Below the pieces are notes generated by a model. The model saw only the letters and a list, made by a program, of their open reading frames with translations, did not search any database and had not been told where the DNA came from. The translations under genes and the position numbers were made by a program. A stretch of DNA of 64,000 nucleotides from Treponemataceae bacterium (GTDB lineage: Bacteria > Spirochaetota > Spirochaetia > Treponematales > Rectinemataceae), in the NCBI GenBank assembly GCA_963678065.2, contig CAXXVZ010000003.1, positions 640,001 to 704,000 on the forward strand, in the 5' to 3' direction. This document shows, one piece after another, positions 1 through 10,127 of the stretch; the stretch's first letter is position 1; each line of letters starts with the position of its first letter.

Positions 1-876
1 GCCAGCCACTGGAATACGGAAGCCGTTTTGAAGGCCGCCAGTGATTTTGCCACACGCCACGAGATTAAAGATATTCCTGTTGCGGTTGCCATCACCTATA
101 ACTACCGGCACATGAGCCAGGCCAGGCGGGTCACCTACAGCCAAGACCCCAAAACAGGATTCCTGGCAATCATGGATTACTTGAGGCGACTCTGCAACGA
201 CGAGGACTCGCCATATCGGAACGTCCGCGTATTGGCGCATCTTGATCATGCCAATCCGGTCGATGATCAGTGGGCCCTCACGGAAGGCATTGATTACCTT
301 GCGAGCGTGATGTTTGACGCGCAGAATTATCCTCTGGAAGAAAACATAGCTTTGACAAAGGCTTACGCGGAAAAACATTCCGCCAGGGTTCTTGTCGAAG
401 GCATCATGGAGGAACTCAGCGTTCCCGGAAATATTAAAGATCATCGTGGAGATGATTATATTGCGAAAGCCACGGGGTATGTAAAAAGAACAGGCGTTGA
501 CTTTTTAGTGGCGGATTTGGGCACGGAGCAGCAATCAAGCGGGGTGGGAAAGGCGGTCTACCTTAAACAACGCGCCCGTGATCTGACTCTGGCGCTCGGA
601 AAACCAAAACTGGTCTTGCATGGTACTTCCTGTCTGGCAGACGAGCAAATAAGAAGTCTTTCAGAGGATGGCATCATCCGGATGAACATGTGGACGCGCA
701 TCGCCCGAGAGGCGGGGCAATACGCAGCCCAGAAACTTATGGAACGTGCGGTCCGGCTCTTTGCCGGCGATTTTGAGGCTGCCGAATCAAATCAATATCT
801 GCGGGATTCCGTGGAAAAATCGGCACAGATCATGACGAAAACAATGGAGCTGCTGCAGTACGGGAATTTAAGGTAG
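1..876 (+). CDS. Class II fructose/tagatose-bisphosphate aldolase family protein (5' end probably outside the window)
   Basis: Frame is open from base 1. Motifs AHLDH, SVMFDA, VDFLVADLGT, LVLHGTS and RMNMWT match the class II aldolase barrel. Confidence 0.75.
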   Translation, partial: ASHWNTEAVLKAASDFATRHEIKDIPVAVAITYNYRHMSQARRVTYSQDPKTGFLAIMDYLRRLCNDEDSPYRNVRVLAHLDHANPVDDQWALTEGIDYLASVMFDAQNYPLEENIALTKAYAEKHSARVLVEGIMEELSVPGNIKDHRGDDYIAKATGYVKRTGVDFLVADLGTEQQSSGVGKAVYLKQRARDLTLALGKPKLVLHGTSCLADEQIRSLSEDGIIRMNMWTRIAREAGQYAAQKLMERAVRLFAGDFEAAESNQYLRDSVEKSAQIMTKTMELLQYGNLR

Positions 877-959
877 CGATTGTTTCGGGACTCCTGAAAT
901 TGAACTTTTTTCGGTTTCCACATCATCATTTCGGGCCTATAAGGCCAGGAGGTAGGGGT

Positions 960-2255
960 ATGAAAAGGTATTTATTTGTGGGGGCGCTGGTTCTGCTGAC
1001 GCTGTTCGCCTCTTTCGCCGACGACCAGAAATCATCGCAACAGGTCGTCGTAAGAGTGCGAAGCGGATGGAACGAGGCATCGTTGCCGAATTGGCCAGCT
1101 GCGATCAAAAAGTATGAAGCGGATCATCCGAATGTCAAAATTGTAATGGAATATACACCGGCTACTGGAGGCTCCGGCCCCAAACTGATGGCCGAGTTCG
1201 TAGCAGGGAATCCACCCGATGTCGCCCAGGCTTTCAAGACTTTTTTCAATGACTTCGCCAGCAGGAATTTGCTCGAAAAGCTCAATGCCGAATATGACCG
1301 GTACGGCTGGAAGGACGGAGTGCTTATGGGCGGCTCGCGCGCCTGGAGTTCCAAATTGCTCGATGCAGCGAACCCCAAGGCCGATGTCTACGGCGCATCG
1401 GATTATGTCGTGACAAGCGTATTTTTCTACAACACCAAGATTTTTGCGAAATTGGGCTTGAAAGAGCCGACTACTGTCGATGAATTGATCGACGTGGCGC
1501 ACAAGCTTTCGGCGGCCGGTTATAAGCCCCTCGTCGGGGCGGGAAACAAAGCCAATTTTGTCGATCTTCTGGCCAAGGTGCAGGTTCAGTTTACAGGCTT
1601 GCAGTATCTCCTTGACCTCAACAAGGGCGCTGCGAAACTCACTGACGCGCCGATGCTCAAGGCCATGCAGGTTGTGGAACGTCTGATGAAGGCAGGTGTA
1701 GTTGACAAGAGTTGCCTCACCTACACCGAACCGGACGCTGTTGCCGAATTGGTCAAGGGCAAAGCCGGCATGTTCTTCATGCACACCGTTTTTGCCCAAC
1801 AGCTGAATGATGCGAAAAAAGACAATCCTGATTTCGACTTTGGGATCATGAAGGGAATAAAGTTTACGGATAATCCCAAGGTTCTTACTGCCGCCAGTTA
1901 CGGTGGCGTTTGGGTGGTCCCCTCTTCGAGCAAAGTAAAAGAGCAAGCGAAAGATTTCCTCTTTTACATATTGGGGCCGGAAGTCTCCAAGACAAGCGCC
2001 GCCGAAGGCGGGCGCGTAACAGCTCAGCTGTCTGCCAACAGCTATCTCGCCAGTGAAAAGATGAAGGTTGTCACCCAATACCAGCTGCCTGGTCTGACCC
2101 CTGATTCCTTCTATCTGATCGATATGCTTCCTTCGTCAGTTCTCAATTCAATATGGCACGGTATGCAGGAGATGGTTGCCGGCAAGGCGAATGCGGAAAC
2201 TGTTCTTAAAAACGCTCAGGACGAAATGGATAAAGTTCTGGCTGACAAAAAGTAA
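960..2255 (+). CDS. Sugar ABC transporter substrate-binding protein
   Basis: ATG at 960 after GGAGG. Signal peptide MKRYLFVGALVLL..FA, then GNPPDV, FFYNTKIFAKLGLKEPTTVDEL and GKAGM motifs. Followed by two permeases. Confidence 0.9.
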   Translation: MKRYLFVGALVLLTLFASFADDQKSSQQVVVRVRSGWNEASLPNWPAAIKKYEADHPNVKIVMEYTPATGGSGPKLMAEFVAGNPPDVAQAFKTFFNDFASRNLLEKLNAEYDRYGWKDGVLMGGSRAWSSKLLDAANPKADVYGASDYVVTSVFFYNTKIFAKLGLKEPTTVDELIDVAHKLSAAGYKPLVGAGNKANFVDLLAKVQVQFTGLQYLLDLNKGAAKLTDAPMLKAMQVVERLMKAGVVDKSCLTYTEPDAVAELVKGKAGMFFMHTVFAQQLNDAKKDNPDFDFGIMKGIKFTDNPKVLTAASYGGVWVVPSSSKVKEQAKDFLFYILGPEVSKTSAAEGGRVTAQLSANSYLASEKMKVVTQYQLPGLTPDSFYLIDMLPSSVLNSIWHGMQEMVAGKANAETVLKNAQDEMDKVLADKK

Positions 2256-2262
2256 AAAGCAG

Positions 2263-2310
2263 AGTTGTCCGGTATCATGCTGTTCAGTGAATCCATGATA
2301 TCGGACAGCT
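2263..2310 (+). other. Intergenic 17-bp stem-loop (mRNA stabiliser or partial terminator)
   Basis: AGTTGTCCGGTATCATG ... CATGATATCGGACAGCT. Both mismatches are G-U pairs in the + strand RNA. No U-tract follows. Confidence 0.65.
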
Positions 2311-2362
2311 TCAAGAGACCATCCAGATGTTTTACTGATTGATTCCGGGCACAGGAGATTAT

Positions 2363-3265
2363 ATGAATAGGCGATATCGTAGGCATCTCTGGTGTTTCTG
2401 GCTGTTCATATTACCCTCGTTCGCTATCTATACTCTGCTTTGGGTTTCGCCCATGGTGTTCAGCCTGATAATAAGCTTCACCAGTTGGAGCGGTTTTTCG
2501 TTAAGTCAACTCAAATTTGTAGGACTACGCAATTATATTAACGCTTTCAATGACAAAATAGTGGGTCTTTCGATTTCGCACAATTTTATTTTTATGGGAC
2601 TTGGCGTCGTCCTCATACCAGCCTGCGCCTTTTTTGTCGCGTTATTGGTGGAAAAATTTGTAGTAAAAAAGGGATTCTTCCGAACAGTTCTATTCATACC
2701 GGCTTTTTTGCCGATGCTTCTCATTACCATTCTGTTCCGCTGGGTTTATAGCATCGACGGCGGGATGATCAATAGTCTTCTCGAAGTCATCGGACTTGGA
2801 GCGCTGAAGACCGATTTCCTTGGCAATTCCGATACGGCGATCTACGCGCTTTTCTTCATCGGTTTATGGAAAAACATGCCCTTTCACATGCTCATCCTCC
2901 TTTCGGGATTGCAGGGCATTCCGGCAGAGCTGGAAGAAACTGCTGTCATAGATGGTGCAAACTTTTGGCAGGTTGTCACGCAAGTAATAATTCCTATGTT
3001 GAAACCAATTTTCATCGTCGTTTATGGGCTCGTCATTATCGACGCCTTCAGGGTTTTCGATCTGGTATTTGTGACAACATCGGGAGGACCGGGATACTAT
3101 ACTACCGAAGTTCTCAACACATATATCTACCGTACCGCATTTGAGTCATTTCGCCTGGGATATTCAACCGCCCTTTCTACCATCAATATCCTCATGGTGT
3201 CCATTATTTCGCTGATATACTTCCGATTCACGGCAAAACAAAAAAAAGAGAGGGAAACCAAATGA
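2363..3265 (+). CDS. Sugar ABC transporter permease (MalF/UgpA-like)
   Basis: AGGAG before ATG 2363. FVGLRNY motif, EAA loop (LQGIPAELEETAVIDGA), multiple TM segments. Confidence 0.92.
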   Translation: MNRRYRRHLWCFWLFILPSFAIYTLLWVSPMVFSLIISFTSWSGFSLSQLKFVGLRNYINAFNDKIVGLSISHNFIFMGLGVVLIPACAFFVALLVEKFVVKKGFFRTVLFIPAFLPMLLITILFRWVYSIDGGMINSLLEVIGLGALKTDFLGNSDTAIYALFFIGLWKNMPFHMLILLSGLQGIPAELEETAVIDGANFWQVVTQVIIPMLKPIFIVVYGLVIIDAFRVFDLVFVTTSGGPGYYTTEVLNTYIYRTAFESFRLGYSTALSTINILMVSIISLIYFRFTAKQKKERETK

Positions 3266-4101
3266 CGAAAGGCAAACTCGGTTTTCCTGGAAAAATCGTT
3301 GTTTACGCGATTTTGCTGATCCTGGTATTTTGTGCGGTGTTCCCATTGCTGTGGATGTTCATTTCGTCCTTTAAAACAGAATCCGATTTTACCATAAATC
3401 GGTTCGGACTTCCGAAAATCTGGACTGTCGCCAATTATGTAAACTCATGGGGGCGCGGGCATTTCAGTCTTCTTTTCCGCAACAGTATTATTGTTGCCGC
3501 CTTTTCGTTGGTGTTGATGGTCGGATCGGCCTGTATGACTTCCTTTGCCTTTACACGATACCATTTCAAATTTTCGGGAAAAGTGCTTTTTTATTTTCTA
3601 GTCGGTCAAATGCTTTCAACTCAAACAGTGTTGATTCCTGTGTATTTGGAGCTTATCGTCCTGAAATTGAATAATACCCTGATAGGTTTGGCGTTGGTCT
3701 ATGTCGCCGCAGGGTTGCCCTTTGCGATTTTTCTGTTGCAGGGCTTCTTCATAATACTTCCCCACGAGCTTTATGAAGCGGCCGAGATAGACGGCTGTAC
3801 TGAATTAGGCATTTTTGCGAAAATTGCTTTACCCTTGGCAAAGCCGGGAATCGCTTCCGCTTTGATCATCCAGTTTTTGTTTGTCTGGAACGAATTCCCC
3901 CTGGCTCTTGTCGCCTTGAGTAGCGCAAACGTAATTACATTGCCTGTAGGAATATACCGTGTAGTCAATGATATGTATTCTTCCAGTCATACCTTGGCCT
4001 GCGCAGGACTCGCCATAACTGCCTTGCCAATCATCGCCGTTTACGCTTTTTTCCAGCGGCAAATACTTGAAGGAATTACCGCCGGCGCCATCAAGGGTTA
4101 A
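3262..4101 (+). CDS. Sugar ABC transporter permease (MalG/UgpE-like)
   Basis: ATGA overlap with the previous gene. EAA loop (LPHELYEAAEIDGC), WNEF, and C-terminal GITAGAIKG. Confidence 0.92.
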   Translation: MTKGKLGFPGKIVVYAILLILVFCAVFPLLWMFISSFKTESDFTINRFGLPKIWTVANYVNSWGRGHFSLLFRNSIIVAAFSLVLMVGSACMTSFAFTRYHFKFSGKVLFYFLVGQMLSTQTVLIPVYLELIVLKLNNTLIGLALVYVAAGLPFAIFLLQGFFIILPHELYEAAEIDGCTELGIFAKIALPLAKPGIASALIIQFLFVWNEFPLALVALSSANVITLPVGIYRVVNDMYSSSHTLACAGLAITALPIIAVYAFFQRQILEGITAGAIKG

Positions 4102-4135
4102 CCGCTGAAATGTTTCCGCTTACAAGGAGATCGCG

Positions 4136-6313
4136 ATGGAGGACAGACAAAATTCAGCCTATGTCAATTATAAACAGTACGGATTGCGCTTCGATCTTTC
4201 GAATAACTCCTTTTCCTGTTTTTACGGCTCACGCGGCTGCGTAGTAAAAAATGCAGGCGTTGAGGGAGTATATAAACACGGTAAAAAACTCTTTGATCTT
4301 GGAGATTACAGGAGCAGCAGTTTCAGAATTGAACAGGAGATGGACGCCTCGAAACTTGCGATTCATTTTGAAAATGGCCCGGAGGCGTTATCGGAATTGA
4401 CTTTGATTTTCGGCTTAAGCTCTGCAGGAATTCAACTGCGAATGGATACTCGCGGAGATATCGATTACCACTTCAATGGCTCCCTGCAGTGGGGAAAAGA
4501 TATGGAGCATGATACCTTCGCCGTCAACCTGAACAGAGACGGTCAGGATCTGCGCTGCGCGCTTGGGCCCGCTGCTTCCACTGTCGATAACGCTTTGTTT
4601 GATAGAAACGATGACGCTGCCCTTGAGTTTTTCGGAGCAGCGCCAGTACTCTTGCATTATGATTGGTTGGAAAAAACCTATAAGTTTGCCCTGAGCACAG
4701 TCGGGAACGACATAATTCGCGGCTTTGGCATACGAGTTCAAACCCGTGTATATGAAGGGCGCTTCAATATTCCATATTGTGCCATCAACAAGCAAAATAC
4801 CTTTCCGACACCGCCTGCAGGCTGGATGACCTGGTACGCGGTGCAATTTGACGCCAACGAAAATACCGTATTGGAAAATGCAAGATGGCAGGCTAAAAAC
4901 CTTAAGGATTTTGGAGCCAACACAATCTGGGTGGATTGGGAGTGGTTTCACAGTGATATGTCGGGAGTTGGTTATCCCGATACGGACTCATTTCACCCTG
5001 ATCCCCGGCGTTACCCGAACGGGCTCAAGCACGTGGCAGACGAAATCAAAAAACTTGGATTGATTCCCGCGTTGTGGGTCGGCTTCACGAATGATCCTAC
5101 CGAAAATGAACAAATCAAGAATAATCCCGATATTTTGCTGATTAGAAAACCAACGTGGTGCGGACAGTATTTTCTGGATGCAAGCAATCCCAAGTATCTG
5201 AAGGAATATATCCCCGCCGTCTTCCGGCAGGTGCTGGATTGGGGCTATGAAGCCCTCAAATGGGATTGCCTCCCCAATACGCTCGGTTATCTGGACCAGT
5301 GTCATGACAACATGTTTGATCCCGAAATAACTTCGGAAATGGCCCTTCGACAGGCTATCTCAGAGGCTCGTAAGGTTGTGGGCCCCGATTTTTACATGCT
5401 CTCGTGTTCGGGACGAACTTCCCGCGACATCACCATGGCGGTCGATATTTTCGACGCAGCCCGAATTGGCGGGGATATTTTCCAATGGTCTGAGTTTATC
5501 ACCCAATGTGTCCAACGGGCCATGAAATTCTACGCTTTGCACAATGTCGTGATTTACGATGATCCAGATAATGTCATCCTGCGCGAGAAATTCAACAGCT
5601 TCGATCAGGCACGTTCCAGGCTCTCTTTCGTGTCCCTGTTGGGCTTGCCCCTGACTTTGGGTGATTCCTTGCCGCAACTGCCCGAAGATCGAATCGAGCT
5701 TTTGCGACGCGGATTGCCGGCCGTTGACGCGCACCCCATGGATATCCGCGAGAACGTCCACAATTCCCGTATTGTCAAGGTGAACCTGGCCATAGAACGT
5801 CCCTTCGAACGCTGGAACGTCGTGGATGTGCTCAATCTCCTGGTTGAAGACGTTGATATTTCCCTTGACCTGTACACTGATCTTCATCTGCAAGAAGGCA
5901 AATATCTTGTGTACGATTACTGGAAAGATGCTTTTTTAGGAGAGTTTGACACAGCGATTTCCCTGCGTTTGGGCCCCTGCGCCTCTCGCGTTTTATGTGT
6001 GCGTTCCAAGCTCGATCGTCCGCAAATTCTCAGCACTTCCCGCCATATCACGCAGGGAGCCGTGGACATCCGGAGCATGGACTGGAACGAGAAGACAGGG
6101 ACATTATCCGTAACAAGCGATGTGATCGCCAAAGACCCCTATACCGTTACGCTTCATGTCCCTGAGAATCTGAGGCCCTTCAACGAAGGGAACCAAAGTT
6201 ACTCCCCGGAATACAAGAGCGTTGGGGCTTGTCTGTGGCGGTTTACGCTCAAGCCAAAGCAAACAGGAAGTCTCTCTTGGTCTGTGGCTTTCATGTGTAA
6301 ACATCCGGTCTGA
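4136..6313 (+). CDS. Alpha-galactosidase-like glycoside hydrolase (clan GH-D, GH27/GH36)
   Basis: GWMTWY, IWVDWEW, RYPNGLK, GYEALKWD (nucleophile KxD), ARIGGD and DPD motifs. Confidence 0.8.
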   Translation: MEDRQNSAYVNYKQYGLRFDLSNNSFSCFYGSRGCVVKNAGVEGVYKHGKKLFDLGDYRSSSFRIEQEMDASKLAIHFENGPEALSELTLIFGLSSAGIQLRMDTRGDIDYHFNGSLQWGKDMEHDTFAVNLNRDGQDLRCALGPAASTVDNALFDRNDDAALEFFGAAPVLLHYDWLEKTYKFALSTVGNDIIRGFGIRVQTRVYEGRFNIPYCAINKQNTFPTPPAGWMTWYAVQFDANENTVLENARWQAKNLKDFGANTIWVDWEWFHSDMSGVGYPDTDSFHPDPRRYPNGLKHVADEIKKLGLIPALWVGFTNDPTENEQIKNNPDILLIRKPTWCGQYFLDASNPKYLKEYIPAVFRQVLDWGYEALKWDCLPNTLGYLDQCHDNMFDPEITSEMALRQAISEARKVVGPDFYMLSCSGRTSRDITMAVDIFDAARIGGDIFQWSEFITQCVQRAMKFYALHNVVIYDDPDNVILREKFNSFDQARSRLSFVSLLGLPLTLGDSLPQLPEDRIELLRRGLPAVDAHPMDIRENVHNSRIVKVNLAIERPFERWNVVDVLNLLVEDVDISLDLYTDLHLQEGKYLVYDYWKDAFLGEFDTAISLRLGPCASRVLCVRSKLDRPQILSTSRHITQGAVDIRSMDWNEKTGTLSVTSDVIAKDPYTVTLHVPENLRPFNEGNQSYSPEYKSVGACLWRFTLKPKQTGSLSWSVAFMCKHPV

Positions 6314-6461
6314 ATTGTCCTAGAGATGACAAAAGGACTGCTCGCGATACCAGGAAAAACCTCAAGCGATTAAAGGCTCGGTCAGGCTCAGATTCGGAGA
6401 TGTAGCAACACACTACGTGGGTGATTGGCAGATCAGAAACGATAAAGCGAGGAGTGAACAC

Positions 6462-8207
6462 ATGGGCAAGTATGCTATTGAAATAGAAGCAAACGTTCCG
6501 CAGCATGGCGTCACATTGACATCGGGAATCTTCAAGACCGTATTTGATAACAACATTGCATATCTGAAGAGCTTGTCTCAGGACTCCATACTCTATTGGT
6601 TCAGGAAGAAAACTGGTCGTGACGCCCCCGGCGAACCGTATCGGGGACATTTCGAGGACAATATCAAAGGCCAAACTGCAGGGCTTTTTCTCATGGGCGC
6701 TGCGAACAGCCTGCGGTGGGTCGAAGACCCTGAACTCCGGAATCGGGTAACCCAGATAGTCGATGAGATCGAGCAGACTGCGGAACCTGATGGCTTCAAC
6801 CAGCCGATTCCAAAGAGCGCGTTCGGGACGATCGAATATCCCAATTACGTCCGAGTGTGGATGAATTACGGCCTCCTTGCGGCAAATCTGGTCGGAAACA
6901 GGAAGGCTCTCTCTCTGATGCGGGGGATGCAGACTTGGTTCAACCAGTGCGACGAGCGTGTGATCGCCAAAGATCTCGATCTCGGATACCAGGGAGTGAT
7001 CGCGAACACCACGGTCTACTTCACTGAAGTCGGACTGAAGGACGACATCGACGTCACGGTAGACTACTACCAGGAAAACTGGTGGTTAGCCCAGTTCATC
7101 TGCGGGAATCAGAATGCGGTTCACAAGCACCATCGTCCTCATGGGACCGAACTCGAAGCCATCATCGCATACATGGACCTTTACATCGCAACAGGGAAGC
7201 CGCTTTATCTCAATGCCGTCAACGGCGCATACAAGATGTTCAAGAATCAGTGGCAGCACACAGGCGGTGGCATCGTCGCCATAGAGCACGCAGAACTGGA
7301 GCCAGGTTGTCGATGGATCGATCCCGTGCACAAGTACAATGAATTGTGTTGTTCAGCGCATTGGATCTATTTAAATCAGCGTTACCATCAGTTGTTCCCG
7401 AACGTGGAGGAACATGTTGCGGAAATCGAGAAGTCGCTGTACAACATAGCTGTTGCGAATCAGGCCGGGAACGAACATATCAGGTATCACGCATTCCTTG
7501 ATATTCAGAAGGATGAGAATCGGAAAACCCCGGTCTCCTGCTGCGCCGGGCTTGGAACCAGACTCTACGGTTCCTTGCCGGAATTCCTCTACTCGGTCTG
7601 TGACCTTGGTCTCTATGTGGACATTTATTCCAGTTCCAAATTCGTGTTCGATCATCAGGGGCATCAGGTGAGAGTGAGCACCGAGACAGGGCAGCCACTC
7701 GTGGGTGCCGTGAGTATTCGCCTCGATGTCGATGCTCCTCTGGAAATGGTCCTCAGGCTGAGAATCCCGTCGTGGACTGCCGGGAAGGTGCCGGTTCTTG
7801 TCAATGGACAGGCGATCGCCCTTGGCACTCCCGGAACCTATCTGCCTGTCTCCCGCATGTGGAATCCTGGGGATACCGTTACCTTCGAACTGCCGATGGA
7901 AGTGCGCGCCGTCAGGTACTCTGGCATAGACATTGTCCCAGGAAAGGAACGATATGCCTTCGAGTACGGATCGCTCTTGCTCGCAGTGGTGGGGCCGCTG
8001 AATTTTGGCGGCCGGTACATTCTGATAGAACACGATCCTGCCCATCCCGATTCATGGCTCACGCCGATAGAAGGGAATCCCGGCCATTTTTCGATTCTGG
8101 ATATGCCGAGACATCAGATGATACCGTATTACGAAATCGACACTCAGATGTTTACCTGTTTCCCGGTTTTCGGACAGTATAGTTGTTCCTATGTCCAATT
8201 GATGTGA
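6462..8207 (+). CDS. GH127/GH146-like beta-L-arabinofuranosidase family protein
   Basis: GGAG before ATG 6462. NELCC, EKSLYN, SCC..G and LRLRIPSW motifs; WNPGDTVTFELPM C-terminal domain. Confidence 0.85.
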   Translation: MGKYAIEIEANVPQHGVTLTSGIFKTVFDNNIAYLKSLSQDSILYWFRKKTGRDAPGEPYRGHFEDNIKGQTAGLFLMGAANSLRWVEDPELRNRVTQIVDEIEQTAEPDGFNQPIPKSAFGTIEYPNYVRVWMNYGLLAANLVGNRKALSLMRGMQTWFNQCDERVIAKDLDLGYQGVIANTTVYFTEVGLKDDIDVTVDYYQENWWLAQFICGNQNAVHKHHRPHGTELEAIIAYMDLYIATGKPLYLNAVNGAYKMFKNQWQHTGGGIVAIEHAELEPGCRWIDPVHKYNELCCSAHWIYLNQRYHQLFPNVEEHVAEIEKSLYNIAVANQAGNEHIRYHAFLDIQKDENRKTPVSCCAGLGTRLYGSLPEFLYSVCDLGLYVDIYSSSKFVFDHQGHQVRVSTETGQPLVGAVSIRLDVDAPLEMVLRLRIPSWTAGKVPVLVNGQAIALGTPGTYLPVSRMWNPGDTVTFELPMEVRAVRYSGIDIVPGKERYAFEYGSLLLAVVGPLNFGGRYILIEHDPAHPDSWLTPIEGNPGHFSILDMPRHQMIPYYEIDTQMFTCFPVFGQYSCSYVQLM

Positions 8208-8235
8208 TCTTTGCCCCGTCATGTTTAGGATAGAT

Positions 8236-9279
8236 TCACTGAAATCTTCGCGTAGATGATCGTACGACCAGTCTGGTTGGGATGACCTTTTCAACCGTAT
8301 CGACCGGTTCATTCCGAATGAGCTGGAGTAAAAGCTCGGCGCTCTGGCTTCCCAACCCAATGCTGTTTTGGGCCACCGTCGTCAATGGAGGATTCAATAG
8401 CGAAATAAAGTCAATGTCATCGAAACCGACGAGCGAGTACCGCTCAGGGAAAGCGATGGAACGTTGTTGCAGCAATGAAATCACACCCAGCATCATGATG
8501 TCGCTGAACGTAAAAATCGCCGAGAAGTCTATCTCTTCAAGCAACACAGCCATCATTTCATTGTAAGCGCTGTCTTTGTCAGGACGACAAAGTCGGATCA
8601 ACGCTGGGTCAAATTGCATCCCTGCCTCAGCCAAGGCCCTCTTGTACCCTTCCAGACGTTCCTGGGCACTGGAAATGTACTCTGGAGCATTCAGGAATAG
8701 TATCCGACGATGCCCCAAGCGTAACAGATGACTGACGGCATCGTAGGCCCCTTGCTTGTCGTCACTGATAACGCAGGGCACTTTGTGTCTGGAGAAATGT
8801 CGTCCCAAAAGGACAAAGGGAATACGCTTGGACATAAGAAAAACTATATCCTCGTCCTGAGCCTGAGATGGGGTCAGGATGATCCCCTTGGCATTCTGAT
8901 CAACAAGCAGTTCGACGGCCGCTCGTTCCTGCGCATAATTTTCGTCGGTGTTGAACAACATCATCGTATACCCGGCTTTCCGGATTGTCGTCTGAACTCC
9001 CTTAACGATTTGTCCAAAGAACGGATTTGCACTGTCGGTAGTGATCAAGCCGATGATACCTGAATTGCGCATACTTCGTCGCTGGCCTAGAGGATTGAAT
9101 TTATACCCCAACTCGTTGGCGACGTTGATAATCTCATCCCGTGTACCCTTGCTGATATCGTGCTTGTTGCTCAAAGCTTTGGATACAGAGTTAACGGAGA
9201 CGCCTACACGATCGGCGATGTCACGCATTGTTACGTTACGGTGGGATCTCATAGAGTCATTTTTACTATATTCACTCAA
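8236..9279 (-). CDS. LacI family transcriptional regulator (start may be ATG 9252)
   Basis: HTH TMRDIADRVGVSVNSVSKAL, plus GFDDI, PPLTTV and LVVRSST. Confidence 0.95.
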   Translation of the reverse strand: MSEYSKNDSMRSHRNVTMRDIADRVGVSVNSVSKALSNKHDISKGTRDEIINVANELGYKFNPLGQRRSMRNSGIIGLITTDSANPFFGQIVKGVQTTIRKAGYTMMLFNTDENYAQERAAVELLVDQNAKGIILTPSQAQDEDIVFLMSKRIPFVLLGRHFSRHKVPCVISDDKQGAYDAVSHLLRLGHRRILFLNAPEYISSAQERLEGYKRALAEAGMQFDPALIRLCRPDKDSAYNEMMAVLLEEIDFSAIFTFSDIMMLGVISLLQQRSIAFPERYSLVGFDDIDFISLLNPPLTTVAQNSIGLGSQSAELLLQLIRNEPVDTVEKVIPTRLVVRSSTRRFQ

Positions 9280-9473
9280 TAAATATAAGTAGGTTTACTC
9301 GTTCTGAATGAGGACTGTCGGCGCAGACGATCTGACTGTGATAGAGTGTGTCGCATGAAAGTGGAAGGATCAACATACCGTCCTGCGAAGCCCGACTCGG
9401 CTCGCTCAGGCGCCAGGGTCCGACATCCTACCCACATGGCTGCAATCTGCTGCTATGTAAAGGAAGAGTTGTT

Positions 9474-10127
9474 ATGACTGTCCGGAAAATTGCGGGCTGG
9501 TTTTTCCGTTCGTCCCTCGGCATCATCGGATCGGCGGCTGCGGCGCTGGCGGCGGTCTTTGTGCTCGCATCGGGTATCGGCGTCTTCCCGGCCGCAGGGC
9601 TCGGCTTGGCGATTCTTGCTCTCGCGTTCTTCGTGTCCCTGTCGACGAAAAATGGCCTCCGGTTCCTATTGAACCGCAAGGACGGGGATGAGTCGGAGGC
9701 AGCAGGAAAGCTTCTGGCCGAAGCTGCGGAGGCCCGGAAAAGCATGGCAGCGTTGCGCCTCCCCGATCCAGCACTCTCAAAGGCGCGCGACAGGCTCGTC
9801 CTCGAAGCGGGAAAGTTCCTCGAGGATTCGGAGAGAAGGCTTTCCGACAGAAGAGTTGAGACACAGAGTCTTCCTCTCTATGATCCCGAAGCTATCCAGG
9901 CGATTCTCGACGCGCGCCCGGTTCTGGACGCTGTCCTCCACGAACTCGACGAAACCGCATCGGAACGCCGCTTCGGCGCCGAGGACGCCCACCCGGTCCA
10001 GAATCCGGTGGAGAGGGCAATTGCGGTCCTCGAGGACAAAACGCGTGATATACTCAGAGGCAGGGACCGCGTCCGCGGCCTTCCCGATCTTTCGGTACAG
10101 CTGGAAATAGAAGAGGAGCTGAAATGA
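9474..10127 (+). CDS. Hypothetical membrane protein (two N-terminal TM helices plus helical domain); gene 1 of the radical SAM operon
   Basis: ATG 9474 after AGGAAGAG. Hydrophobic N-terminus. Stop overlaps the next start (ATGA 10124-10127). Confidence 0.7.
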   Translation: MTVRKIAGWFFRSSLGIIGSAAAALAAVFVLASGIGVFPAAGLGLAILALAFFVSLSTKNGLRFLLNRKDGDESEAAGKLLAEAAEARKSMAALRLPDPALSKARDRLVLEAGKFLEDSERRLSDRRVETQSLPLYDPEAIQAILDARPVLDAVLHELDETASERRFGAEDAHPVQNPVERAIAVLEDKTRDILRGRDRVRGLPDLSVQLEIEEELK

